Source: Phycisphaerae bacterium (lineage in GTDB: Bacteria > Planctomycetota > Phycisphaerae > UBA1845). Taken from it: a stretch of DNA of 64,000 bases. The DNA lies in assembly GCA_963666835.2 (NCBI GenBank), contig CAXXGO010000006.1, positions 2,016,001 to 2,080,000 on the forward strand, in the 5' to 3' direction. Positions 1 through 9,845 of this stretch are shown here, in pieces; positions within the stretch are counted from its first letter, which is position 1; the number at the start of each line of letters is the position of its first letter. The notes under the pieces are model-generated. The model saw nothing but the letters and a program-made list of their open reading frames with translations. It made no database searches and was not told the DNA's origin. Both the position numbers and the translations under genes were made by a program.

Positions 1-705
1 CTCCATATTAGCGAGGGGGGATCCGGGTGTGGCGCGAGCTTCGTCCGGATCCTCGTCTTGCCTTACCGGGAACTGTTTCGGAAAGGAATGCTGCGGCTGT
101 CCAGACGGTTGCGACGTCCTTGTCCGACGGAGTGTGCGACCTCACCCGCGGCCTCAAGCTCAGCCGGCTCGAGGCGTTGGTTGAGGTCGCCTTCTTCATG
201 CGCCGGCACGCGGTGATCGCGCTGATATGCCGCGAAACGCTGATCGGATCGGGTGGTGGACGCCGACGTGAGGAGCCTTCGGGTGCCGTCGAGTGTAATC
301 CGGGCACCTCGCAGGGCTCTCAATTGCCCACCCACGCAGCCGAGTGATACACCGTGTCCACGTCATCCTACCCCGGAGGGAAAGACGATTGGATCGATTC
401 CCGTAGGTAGTTTCCGCTCCGATGGGGCACGGGAATGATGTGTCACGTCCTGAACGGCAGAGAGTTTTGACCGGGACGGCCTGCCGGCGGGGTTGTCCGG
501 CGATGCGACTTCCCGGCCGGCCGGCGTCCACGGGGGATCAGCGCCGGAGCGCTGTTTGTACGGTACTCTTCAGTTCTTGCACAACAGATGTTAGCATAGA
601 GAGGAACCGATAATCCGGTCAAGGAAGATCGGAGCGGTCAAGTGGTAACAGCGGTTTGAGGCGTCGGCGTTGAAGGTCTTCGTCGAACGCCAAGGGAGTA
701 CAGAC

Positions 706-1083
706 ATGGCTACGGAACCCGTTTGCATTCGTCGGACGAACACGATCGAAGAAGCGGACATTATTATCGCCTGGCTTGAAGAGCAGGGGGTGGAGGCGAC
801 GGTGCCGGATCGCGACAGCACCGGGGTCTTGGCCTTCGGAGTTACCGATGCCGAGGGGATCGAGATTTTCGTGGCAAACCAGGAGACGGCGGACCGCGCC
901 GCCGCGCTGCTTGAGCGGCACGATCAGGAGCGGGCGGCCGCGAGTTCTGTTGCGGACGGGACGCTCGAAGTAAAATGCGAGGCGTGCGGAGAGATCAACC
1001 GGTTCCCGGCGGGATCTCGGGAATCGGTTCAAGAATGTAACAAGTGCGGCGCATACCTCGATGCGGAGCCGGGCGACCAATAG
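706..1083 (+). CDS. DUF2007-like (putative signal transducing) protein with C-terminal zinc ribbon
   Basis: ATG 706 after GGGAG. EADIIIAWLEEQGVEA...IEIFV...ADRAAALL pattern, then CEACG...CNKCG. Confidence 0.7.
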   Translation: MATEPVCIRRTNTIEEADIIIAWLEEQGVEATVPDRDSTGVLAFGVTDAEGIEIFVANQETADRAAALLERHDQERAAASSVADGTLEVKCEACGEINRFPAGSRESVQECNKCGAYLDAEPGDQ

Positions 1084-1143
1084 CCGTTCGGACCTTAATC
1101 GTAGGTAGAAGCGCTTGGCGCGGTGCCGGCGCTTCGTGTTCCG

Positions 1144-3534
1144 CTAAGGCTCCTCGGTCGAGTCGTCCTGGTCCCGCTTTTCGCGGCGTTCTTGAATGTC
1201 CGGATCCTCGATCCGGAACCCGTACTCGTACAGGCTTATCATGAACGTCTCCCAGGCCTTCTCGGCCTCTTCCTTCTCCTCGCTAAGACTGTCACGCTCG
1301 CGCTGGGCGAGGTTCTTGTTGCTCTTGCCGCCGCTGCGTCGCCCGCGACGCCCGTCGCGTTCGTCGATCCCCAGCGCTTCGTTCAGCCTACTGACTTCTT
1401 GCGCGCAAAGGTCCCGCCCGTACTTCCAGAGCCGGATGAGCTCGTCATCCGCTTCTGCGCCGACAAAAATGGCAGAGGCCAACATCGCCGTTTCTTTCTT
1501 TCTGATGGTGGAAAGCCCCTTACGATAGACGGCCCGGGTGTGCTCCGTCGAGTTCCTGGCGTCCTTGAGCAGGTCGCGGACCTCTCTGATGTTGTCCTCG
1601 CCCATCGCCGTGCCCGCGGCGACGAACGTGGCTCGATCGCTCAGGGGTTTGCCCTCGAAAGTGAAGTCGTTGTAGTGCTTCAGGACCGCGGCGCAGGCCT
1701 CTGCATAGGCGGCGATGTTCTCATCGCTTGCCTTGGCACACTTGCGGAATGCCTTTGAGGCCGGCTTGGCTTCGCCGGCCCGGAGCTTGGCAACGGCATC
1801 GAGCAAGTAGATTTGGTCCTTATCGGCGTCCGCAAGCTCTCGGAGCCTGGCCGGGTCCATCAGGCGGTCCAGATCGTCTCGCACTCCGCTTGGATCGTTG
1901 GATACGAGGACCCTGGCGATTCTCAGAATGTCGGGCGAGGCGCCCGCGAGGACCGCCGGCAAGTTAAGCCCAGCTACCCCGCTGCGGTTCAGCATCACTT
2001 CCTCGAACGTAGCTCTCTCAACCTCGCTGAGGTCAAACCGGATCGGGGTGTTCGTCGCGGCAATCACCGCATTGATCGGGCTTTCTTCGAACGTGCCGGT
2101 AAGACGCCGGTCATCCTGCAGCCGGATCACCTGTTTGCCGCTGGATTCGGCGTCGAACCGGAGAATCTTCTCAACGGGGATTTCGATCACGCCGGCCCGG
2201 CTGCGGAACTTGGCGGAGCCTTGGATGTTGTTGAGCACTAGGTGTGACGTATCCGTATCGAAGACAATGGCCTCGCCGGTTGCCGGAGCCATCCTCTCCT
2301 GCGGCATTCGGAATCCGACCACGCCAATGTCGGCGAATGCCTGCTCGCCGACCTGTCCGCCTTCGGGCTCGAACTGGAAGCTCATGTCGCCGGTCGCCGC
2401 GGCTATCTGATTTCCGCCTTCGATAAACAGTGTAGAGCGATCCTGGTCAGTCATAACGTATGCGACCGCCGCTGCGGGAATCTCGAGCTTGCCGAGCACG
2501 GAATCCCACACGATCGGATCCGTGGTGATGCGGCCGAAGATCTGATCACCGTCGTCGTAATACAGCAAGTCGTACTCCGGCTTTCGCTCATACACCGGTA
2601 CGAAGATCCGCCCCTCGTCGTTTACGAGCGCCGCAGCGAATGGTGTCAGATCACTGCCACCGCTGATCTTACCAAGAATGAGGGCGTTTCTAACCATCTC
2701 CGACGTGAGCTTGGCCGGCACGAGTGCGCTGTAGTTCGCCCCTCCGGTATCCTCGCGCCCCTCGGGTTTCGTCATCAAGGTAACGGTACCCACCAGACTG
2801 CCGTCCTGATCGACCATCGGACCGCCGCTGTTGCCTGGGCGGGCGATTACGTCGGTGTAGACCATCCGGATTCGACCGCCCGGAGTCCGTGGGAGATCCA
2901 AGACGTTGCCGGTGGTGACCGACACTTCCGGGTGCTTCTCGTCTTTGGAACTGGACTTCTGATTGTCTCCACCGGGAAAACCCAGCGCCCAGACCTTCAT
3001 CCGTTTGGACAGACGCGATTCCGGGAGGAGCTTAAGGAAATGGGGCCATCTGAGCTTCTCGTCGTCCTCGTCGTAGACCTGCAGTAGCGCCTGGTCCGCG
3101 GTCTCGTTTTGGTAAAGGACCTTGGCGTTCCAGGTCTTCTCGTTTTCCGTGCCGGAATCGGTAATAACGGTCCACGCGAGTTTGCCCTGCGTATAGTGGA
3201 AGTTCTGCTTCTCCGCCGGGCTCTTCATGTGAGTCGGATCAACCACATGGTTGTTGGTGATCGCCAGCCCCGACTGATTGATGAAGAAGCCGGAACCAGA
3301 CCCCATCGGGGTGTCGCCCTGTTCGCGTTTGGAGACTGCAGTGAACACCATTACTGCCGCGTGTTTGACGTGTTCCTCCGTCTCCGGCTTCATCTGCTGA
3401 GCGCGCACCGGTAGGGACGACAGCAGGACGCCGGCGGCTGCAAAACAGATGACCGGCGTGGTATAGCGCGAGCCTCGGTACGAAGCCGGCCAACCGCTAT
3501 CAGAATCACGAAGGTGCTTAGTGAATATGTTCAT
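1144..3534 (-). CDS. Secreted trypsin-like (S1) serine protease with repeated beta modules and helical C-terminus
   Basis: GSGSGFFI, TNNHVV (His), ETADQA (Asp), PGNSGGP (Ser). Signal-like segment ending VRA-QQ. ORF extends to 3591; ATG 3534 preferred. Confidence 0.8.
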   Translation of the reverse strand: MNIFTKHLRDSDSGWPASYRGSRYTTPVICFAAAGVLLSSLPVRAQQMKPETEEHVKHAAVMVFTAVSKREQGDTPMGSGSGFFINQSGLAITNNHVVDPTHMKSPAEKQNFHYTQGKLAWTVITDSGTENEKTWNAKVLYQNETADQALLQVYDEDDEKLRWPHFLKLLPESRLSKRMKVWALGFPGGDNQKSSSKDEKHPEVSVTTGNVLDLPRTPGGRIRMVYTDVIARPGNSGGPMVDQDGSLVGTVTLMTKPEGREDTGGANYSALVPAKLTSEMVRNALILGKISGGSDLTPFAAALVNDEGRIFVPVYERKPEYDLLYYDDGDQIFGRITTDPIVWDSVLGKLEIPAAAVAYVMTDQDRSTLFIEGGNQIAAATGDMSFQFEPEGGQVGEQAFADIGVVGFRMPQERMAPATGEAIVFDTDTSHLVLNNIQGSAKFRSRAGVIEIPVEKILRFDAESSGKQVIRLQDDRRLTGTFEESPINAVIAATNTPIRFDLSEVERATFEEVMLNRSGVAGLNLPAVLAGASPDILRIARVLVSNDPSGVRDDLDRLMDPARLRELADADKDQIYLLDAVAKLRAGEAKPASKAFRKCAKASDENIAAYAEACAAVLKHYNDFTFEGKPLSDRATFVAAGTAMGEDNIREVRDLLKDARNSTEHTRAVYRKGLSTIRKKETAMLASAIFVGAEADDELIRLWKYGRDLCAQEVSRLNEALGIDERDGRRGRRSGGKSNKNLAQRERDSLSEEKEEAEKAWETFMISLYEYGFRIEDPDIQERREKRDQDDSTEEP

Positions 3535-3786
3535 CGTTCTACTTCCTGGGGCCAATAGGCATGTCTCGGTGCCAGAAGATTCGTATTGCACCGCTCAAAC
3601 TGAGTGTTTCACTTTTCCCTTAGGTTATGGTAGCGTTCCCCGTCCGTAGTCGTCAAGAGTGATCCTACCGGGCCGCTCCCGGACTGAATCCGGGTGGCCG
3701 ACCGACAATCGGGCGGGCGCGGGCCGCGTAAGCACCGCTTGGCCTCGGTTTGCCTCGGTGATGCAACGCTTTGGAGTGCTGGAGTC

Positions 3787-4554
3787 ATGTCTCACGGAAG
3801 ATTATCGAACAAAAGCCCCGCCGAGGAAACCTGGCGGGTGTTCAGAATAATGTCAGAGTTTGTCGAAGGTTTCGAGGTGATGTCCCGGGTGCCCGCGGCG
3901 GTTTCAGTATTCGGCTCAGCCAGAACCGCGGTGGACAATCCGTACTATGCTTTGGCAGAACGGCTTGGTCGGGAATTGGTAGGGCACGGGTTCGGAGTAA
4001 TAACCGGCGGCGGACCCGGGATCATGGAGGCCGCCTTGAAGGGGGCGGCCGAGGCCGGCGGGGAGAGCATCGGGCTCAACATTTACCTGCCGGAAGAGCA
4101 GGTCGCCAACCAGTACCAGACCGTTTCGCTTGATTTCAGGTACTTCTTCTGCCGCAAGGTCATGTTCGTGAAGTATGCCGTGGCGTTTGTGTGCTTCCCC
4201 GGCGGATTCGGCACGATGGACGAGTTTTTCGAGTCAATGACTCTCATCCAGACCGAGAAGATCGAGCCGTTTCCAGTCATTCTGATCGGAAGCGAGTTCT
4301 GGTCGCCGCTGATAGAGTGGATGAGGAAGTACCAGTTGGGAGAACACGCATGCATTTCGGAAAGTGATCTGAGCTTATTCAGAATCACGGACGACGTGAC
4401 GGCGGCCGCCCAGCTTGTCGCAGACTTCCACCGTGATAAGGTCGAGCAAGACGTCGAGATCCAACCCCCTTCGATTATCACCGCGGAGGGCACCTTCACC
4501 GGTCAACGACCGCAACGTCGCGGGTCGGGCAGGTGCTTCGAAGATCTGAAGTGA
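3787..4554 (+). CDS. LOG family protein (TIGR00730-type nucleotide monophosphate nucleosidase)
   Basis: VFGSAR, ITGGGPGIMEA, FRYFFCRKVMF, FPGGFGTMDEFFE. ATG 3787; ORF opens at 3694. Confidence 0.9.
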   Translation: MSHGRLSNKSPAEETWRVFRIMSEFVEGFEVMSRVPAAVSVFGSARTAVDNPYYALAERLGRELVGHGFGVITGGGPGIMEAALKGAAEAGGESIGLNIYLPEEQVANQYQTVSLDFRYFFCRKVMFVKYAVAFVCFPGGFGTMDEFFESMTLIQTEKIEPFPVILIGSEFWSPLIEWMRKYQLGEHACISESDLSLFRITDDVTAAAQLVADFHRDKVEQDVEIQPPSIITAEGTFTGQRPQRRGSGRCFEDLK

Positions 4555-4639
4555 CCACGCGGAGAGCCTCTCCCGGCCGGACGTTGATTCTGGGGCAATT
4601 GCCCGTTATAATCAATTGGAGGTTTAACAGGCGGCGGGG

Positions 4640-5329
4640 TTGTCCGCTGCTCTCGACGGGGGAGGTGTCGTCTTCGCAGCGTATGCCCAAGGCAGCTCGG
4701 AATCGTGGCTGGACAGCAGCGTGCTCATGTTGAATGCGCATTACGTTGCCTTGCGCATAGTGAGCGTGCGGCGGGCGTTCACGCTGCTGTTCAAACGCGG
4801 CGCCGATGCCTCACCGGTAGCCGAAGTCGTTGCGGTGGAGGCCGGTCGCTACGTCTCCTACGATTTCGAGCAGTGGGTTGAGTTCAGCGTGCTTCACGAA
4901 GAGTGCGGTGGAAACGGGGTGGATTGGGTTCAGGCGGTTCGGCATCGCTTGGCTGTACCTCGTGTCATTCGTGTTCTGACGTTTTCCAAGTTTCCGGGGC
5001 AGGAGATCAAGTTCAATCGCCGGAGCGTCTTCGCGCGAGACGGTTATGTTTGCCAGTATTGCGGCAAGCGTTTTCCTGTCGCCGAGCTTAGCCTCGACCA
5101 TGTGATCCCGCGTTCTCGTGGGGGAAGCACTACGTGGGAGAATATCGTCTCCGCTTGCCTGGCCTGCAACGTCCGAAAAGGTGGCAGGACTCCGGCGGAA
5201 GCCCGGCTCCGCCTCGGTAAGCCTCCGGTCAAGCCCCGGAGGAACCCGGCCGTCGCCGTTAAGCTGAACGACCGCCGATATGCCTCGTGGAAGCACTTTG
5301 TCAGCTCGACACACGCCGACACGGGGTGA
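4640..5329 (+). CDS. HNH endonuclease
   Basis: VLMLNAHY..RRA N-terminus, RDGYVCQYCG, LDHVIPRSRGG, WENIVSACLACNVRKG. Start uncertain (ATG 4727 is an alternative). Confidence 0.9.
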   Translation: MSAALDGGGVVFAAYAQGSSESWLDSSVLMLNAHYVALRIVSVRRAFTLLFKRGADASPVAEVVAVEAGRYVSYDFEQWVEFSVLHEECGGNGVDWVQAVRHRLAVPRVIRVLTFSKFPGQEIKFNRRSVFARDGYVCQYCGKRFPVAELSLDHVIPRSRGGSTTWENIVSACLACNVRKGGRTPAEARLRLGKPPVKPRRNPAVAVKLNDRRYASWKHFVSSTHADTG

Positions 5330-5582
5330 TCCCAACTGGTGCATGCGTTTCCGGGTGCACTTCACCGCCATTGAGGCCGGCCTGCCTTTGCCGCATTAGC
5401 TACACAGGTGGAATCGTCCGGTGATTCACGCCTTGAGATAAGGTGACCGGCTCCGACTATACTCATGCTCATCTCGCCCTAAGACGCGCTCGGCGAAGTG
5501 TCTGCGCTTCTCTTCAACTTGCATACCCCGCCACGGCGGAGAAGTTCGCTTATTATCGCCCCCAGGACCAGCGTTTTTGACG

Positions 5583-5610
5583 TGAAGGCCACGCCGGCGC
5601 ACTCCGATGA
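5583..5610 (+). promoter_or_regulatory. Possible sigma28/FliA-like promoter
   Basis: TGAA-N16-TCCGATGA resembles TAAA-N15/16-GCCGATAA and lies upstream of a c-di-GMP gene. Confidence 0.3.
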
Positions 5611-5800
5611 CTACCGTTAGCAGACGGCTCTGGTGCGGCCCTCAACGCTTGGCGAGCCACGAGAGATCTGTGCCGGGGCAGCGTTCACCTGGGGAATCCG
5701 CTCGCACCGGCGCGTGCGATGTCGGACTCTGCAGGCGCGCGTCCGTCCGGTTGGAGTAGGGAGAGCGGGGTTGACCGAATCGATATCGCTTGACGCCGAG

Positions 5801-7453
5801 ATGATCGATGTTTGCGTTGTTGAAGATGATGCCGATCAGCGCCGCCTCTTTGCGCATATTCTGGAAACCGCCGGGTTCTCCGTGGTCGGCGTACCGGACG
5901 TTCAAGCGGCGGTCGGATTGTCCGCCACCAACTGCCCGAAGGTTCTGCTTTGCGATTACGAACTCCCGGACGGCAACGGGGTCGAGTTGTGCAACGCGGT
6001 CCGCCAGAACCCCAAGCTGGCCGCTCGATACTTCATCCTGATGAGCGCCAGTTCCGGCTGCGATCTGCCGGTTGAGGTGTTGAACGCCGGCGCCGACGAC
6101 TACCTGGCCAAGCCGGTCTCTTACCAGGATCTGATCACGCGGGTCCGGGTCGGATTGCGGATGTGGGCTCTGCACGATCAACTAGTCCGCGCCGCCGTCA
6201 CGGATGGTCTTACCGGATTGTACAATCACGATCATTTCAATCGTATTCTCGATGCCGAGGTCGCGCGGTCGCATCGGTTCGGTCACCCGCTGGCTTTGAT
6301 AATGATCGACATGGATTTCTTCAAAGCGATCAACGATACGTACGGGCACCTTGCGGGCAATCGCACGCTCGAGGATGTAGCGGACATTCTCCGTGCGAGC
6401 ATTCGAGGGATTGACTCCGTTTTCCGTTTCGGCGGTGAGGAGTTCACGATTGTCCTGCCGGAGTCTCGCGCGGTCGACGCCATGCAAGTTGCGGAGCGCA
6501 TCCGTACTGCGCTAACCGACACATTGCGGGTGGAAGCGATTCACGGGCACAAAGTGACGGCCTCGTTCGGAATCGCCGATACGGACGATCCGCGCATCAA
6601 GTCTGCGGCGGATTTGGTGGATCTGGCGGACCGAGCGCTGTATCTGGCGAAGGTCCGAGGTCGAGATCAAGTGGCCTGCAGCTACGATTTGGACGAAGGC
6701 GCGGAATACGTGGCCACGATCCAGACCGATGAGATCGAGTGGTTACGCCGCCGGCTGACCTCGCTGAGTGTACGGGCCAAGGACGTGTACATGCAGAGCG
6801 TGCGGGCGTTGCTCCAGGCCCTGGATGAAAAGGACCCCTTCTCCGCCAAGCACTCGGTGAATGTTGCCTTCTATGCCGAGCAAATCGCGGAGCAGATGGG
6901 CTGCGGCCGAGCCACCGTCAAAAGTGTGTACAACGCCGCGCTGCTGCACGACATCGGGAAGGTCGGCGTACCCGATCGGATTCTCATGAAACGCTCGTCG
7001 CTCAGTCCGCTTGAGCGAATGGTGGTGGAGCAGGTCCCGATCATTGGAACGAGAATTGTCGATCACCTTCGTATTCTCGAATCGGAAATCCAGATCATCC
7101 GGCACCAGCGGGAGTACTTCGACGGTGGAGGGTTACCGGCCGGGCTTCGTGGAAACCAGATTCCCATCGGGGCGCGGATTCTGCTCGTGGCCGACGCCTT
7201 CGACGCGATGACTACCGATCGGGTGTATCGCACGCGCCGCCCCATCGACGAAGTGGTGGCGGAGATTCACCAGTTGGCGGGCTCGCAATTCGACCCGCGG
7301 GCGGTGACGGCTCTACGGCAAGTCCTCGAACGTGATCTTCCTCGATGGCAGGCCCGCATCGATGAGACCCTCGAGACGATGCGTTCTCCCACCGGCGCGC
7401 GTCCGACGATTGTGTCAGATCCCTCCCTTCCCAGCGAGGGCTTGTCCCGCTGA
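5801..7453 (+). CDS. Response regulator diguanylate cyclase with C-terminal HD-GYP-like domain (REC-GGDEF-HD)
   Basis: VVEDD..LLCD..AKP receiver domain; TDGLTGLYN, RGID I-site, GGEEF; LLHDIGK, VADAFDAMTTDR. Confidence 0.9.
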   Translation: MIDVCVVEDDADQRRLFAHILETAGFSVVGVPDVQAAVGLSATNCPKVLLCDYELPDGNGVELCNAVRQNPKLAARYFILMSASSGCDLPVEVLNAGADDYLAKPVSYQDLITRVRVGLRMWALHDQLVRAAVTDGLTGLYNHDHFNRILDAEVARSHRFGHPLALIMIDMDFFKAINDTYGHLAGNRTLEDVADILRASIRGIDSVFRFGGEEFTIVLPESRAVDAMQVAERIRTALTDTLRVEAIHGHKVTASFGIADTDDPRIKSAADLVDLADRALYLAKVRGRDQVACSYDLDEGAEYVATIQTDEIEWLRRRLTSLSVRAKDVYMQSVRALLQALDEKDPFSAKHSVNVAFYAEQIAEQMGCGRATVKSVYNAALLHDIGKVGVPDRILMKRSSLSPLERMVVEQVPIIGTRIVDHLRILESEIQIIRHQREYFDGGGLPAGLRGNQIPIGARILLVADAFDAMTTDRVYRTRRPIDEVVAEIHQLAGSQFDPRAVTALRQVLERDLPRWQARIDETLETMRSPTGARPTIVSDPSLPSEGLSR

Positions 7454-7632
7454 GTCAGTCTCCATCTCATCCCGGTCTTTTTGCAGCATGGCAAGCTGGG
7501 CGAAGATGGCTCTGTTACTGCTGGACTACGGTGGTTATGATGTTATAGGATGAATTCAGTCGTCGGCGGAGCAAGCCTCGGATACTGCGGGGCCGAGCGG
7601 CGATTCGAATTCGTAGCCGTCCAGGGTGGATC

Positions 7633-8568
7633 ATGGATGATCGCGGCCATCTTGTTACCGAGTTGCGCAACGCGCGCTCGTCTCGTCTTGACACTCTCTC
7701 CACTGCAGAGGCGTTCGACCTGATCAACAGCGAGGATGCTACCGTTGCGGGGGCCGTGGCCGCAGCGCGAGAGGACATCTGTCGGGCGATCGATTTGGTG
7801 GTGGATGCGTTTCAGGCCGGGGGGCGGCTGGTATATGTGGGGGCGGGTACCAGCGGACGTCTTGGAGTGATCGATGCGGCGGAGTGCCCGCCGACCTTCT
7901 TGACCGATCCTGAAATGGTCCGAGCGGTCATCGCCGGGGGAACTGACGCAATAAGTCGGAGTGTTGAAGGCGCCGAGGACAGCCCCGAGGGCGGCGCCGC
8001 AGCGATGGACGATCATCGGATCAGCGCCCCCGACGTTGTTTTGGGGATAGCCAGCGGTGGAACCACGCCTTTCGTTCACGGGGCTCTGTGCCGAGCCCGG
8101 CAACGCGGGGCGCGAACGGTTTTTTTTGCTTGTGTCCCCCAAGAGCAGGCGGCTGACGAGGCCGATGTGTCCATCCGAGTGCTGACCGGCCCGGAAGTGC
8201 TGACGGGTAGCACCCGCCTCAAAGCCGGGACGGCCACCAAGATGGTACTCAATATGGTGACCACCATTGCCATGGTGCGGTTGGGTAAGACCCTCGGCAA
8301 TCTCATGATCGACGTCAATGCGGGGGCGAATCGTAAACTGATCGACCGGGCGGTGCGGATGATCCGGGCGGAGACGGGGTTATCGAGACAGGCGGCGCGG
8401 GGGTTGCTGGATTCCGCCGGCGGGCGCGTCAAGACGGCTTTGGTCATGCACGCCACGGGCGAGCAACGCGGTGCGGCCGAGCGGCTGCTCCGCGAAGCGA
8501 ACGGTCATTTGGGGGTGGTTATGGCGAGCCCGAGCCCGGCTTTTGAACAGACGGAAGAAACGACTTGA
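7633..8568 (+). CDS. murQ: N-acetylmuramic acid 6-phosphate etherase
   Basis: GAGTSGRLGVIDAAECPPTF, EGAED, GPEVLTGSTRLKAGTATKMVLN. Confidence 0.95.
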   Translation: MDDRGHLVTELRNARSSRLDTLSTAEAFDLINSEDATVAGAVAAAREDICRAIDLVVDAFQAGGRLVYVGAGTSGRLGVIDAAECPPTFLTDPEMVRAVIAGGTDAISRSVEGAEDSPEGGAAAMDDHRISAPDVVLGIASGGTTPFVHGALCRARQRGARTVFFACVPQEQAADEADVSIRVLTGPEVLTGSTRLKAGTATKMVLNMVTTIAMVRLGKTLGNLMIDVNAGANRKLIDRAVRMIRAETGLSRQAARGLLDSAGGRVKTALVMHATGEQRGAAERLLREANGHLGVVMASPSPAFEQTEETT

Positions 8569-8594
8569 ATGGCGAAAGCCGGGAGGCGGACGGA

Positions 8595-9827
8595 ATGACC
8601 GGTCTGATTGATGGTAGTAACCGGCGAAACGGATGGGGCCTGCGGGCGTTGTTCGGTACGGTGCTCGGGCTTGGGCTGATCGCCGGGTGCCAGCAACCTA
8701 TCCGAGGACCGATGGGGCCTTCCGCCGAGCGCGAGATTCGTGCCATTTGGGTGACACGGTGGGACTACCGCAATCCCGGTGATATTGCCACAATAATGCA
8801 AAACTGCCGCACGGCCGGGTTCAATACCGTACTGTTTCAGGTACGGGGGAACGGGACCGCGTTTTATCGTTCGCAGATCGAACCCTGGGCGGACGAACTC
8901 GGCGGGGTCGATCCGGGATTCGACCCGCTGACCGTCGCGTGTAACGAGGCCCACCGCCGGGGTTTGGCGCTGCACGCCTGGGTTAATGTCATTCCCGGAT
9001 GGCGCGGTAAGAAGCCGCCGGACAACCCGCGACAGCTTTATAATGCCCATCCCGATTGGTTCTGGCGCGATGCTCAAAACCGGCGGCAGCCGTTGGGTTG
9101 GTACAACAGTCTGAACCCCTGCTATCCCGAGGTTCGGCGCTATCTAGGGGCAGTCATGCACGAGATCGTGACCCGCTACGCCGTGGACGGGCTGCACCTG
9201 GACTACATCCGTTTCCCCAACGAGTGGAACGAGTCGTACCCCCGCGGGGCTCGCGTGCCGGATTACCCGCGCGACCCGCGGACGCTGGCGCTGTTCCGCA
9301 AGGCCACCGGCAAGACTCCGGACAGCGCTCCGGGCTTATGGAATCGATGGCGGACCGATCAGGTTACCATGGTCGTGCGGGACATTCGGGCGATTACGCT
9401 CCGAGCCCGGCCGAACCTCGTACTCAGCGCCGCGGTCGGGCCATACCCCGACGAAGCCCGGCGCAAGCACTTTCAGGACGTCAAACGCTGGCTGCGTGAA
9501 GGGCTTCTGGATGCGGCTTACCCTATGAACTACGCGGAAGATATGCGAACGTACGACGGCCGGTTGTCGGCCTGGTCCGCCATGCGCCCCCGGATCCCGG
9601 TGGTTACGGGGGTCATGTTCGACAAGCGTAACGAGAGCATCGTCGCCGAGCAGGTCCGTCGGGCGAGGAACCGCCATACGCATTTTTCGGCCTTCGCGTA
9701 TAACTCGTTGTTCGAGAGATTGGATGACAAGGGGCGTCCCATCCGCGACGAGCGGAGTAAGGACCGAGCGGCTCTTCGGCGGATGGTCATCCAGGAGATT
9801 CGCCGTCCGGCGGTAGCTCCGGCTTAG
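8595..9827 (+). CDS. GHL10 family glycosyl hydrolase lipoprotein (YddW/DigH-like)
   Basis: Lipobox LIAGC; EIRAIWV, FNTVLFQVR, FDPL, HAWVN, VDGLHLDYIRFP. An alternative TTG at 8565 overlaps the murQ stop. Confidence 0.85.
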   Translation: MTGLIDGSNRRNGWGLRALFGTVLGLGLIAGCQQPIRGPMGPSAEREIRAIWVTRWDYRNPGDIATIMQNCRTAGFNTVLFQVRGNGTAFYRSQIEPWADELGGVDPGFDPLTVACNEAHRRGLALHAWVNVIPGWRGKKPPDNPRQLYNAHPDWFWRDAQNRRQPLGWYNSLNPCYPEVRRYLGAVMHEIVTRYAVDGLHLDYIRFPNEWNESYPRGARVPDYPRDPRTLALFRKATGKTPDSAPGLWNRWRTDQVTMVVRDIRAITLRARPNLVLSAAVGPYPDEARRKHFQDVKRWLREGLLDAAYPMNYAEDMRTYDGRLSAWSAMRPRIPVVTGVMFDKRNESIVAEQVRRARNRHTHFSAFAYNSLFERLDDKGRPIRDERSKDRAALRRMVIQEIRRPAVAPA

Positions 9828-9845
9828 GGCATCAGGAGAGTTCGC

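Noticed and set aside
8..613. Short overlapping ORFs at the window start (e.g. 27..347 +)
   Set aside because: No recognisable motif or convincing RBS, so I cannot choose a real frame.
4640..5329. HNH gene as a defence system or IscB/Cas9-like nuclease
   Set aside because: Small stand-alone HNH of a common family, with no RuvC motifs, methylase or array nearby.
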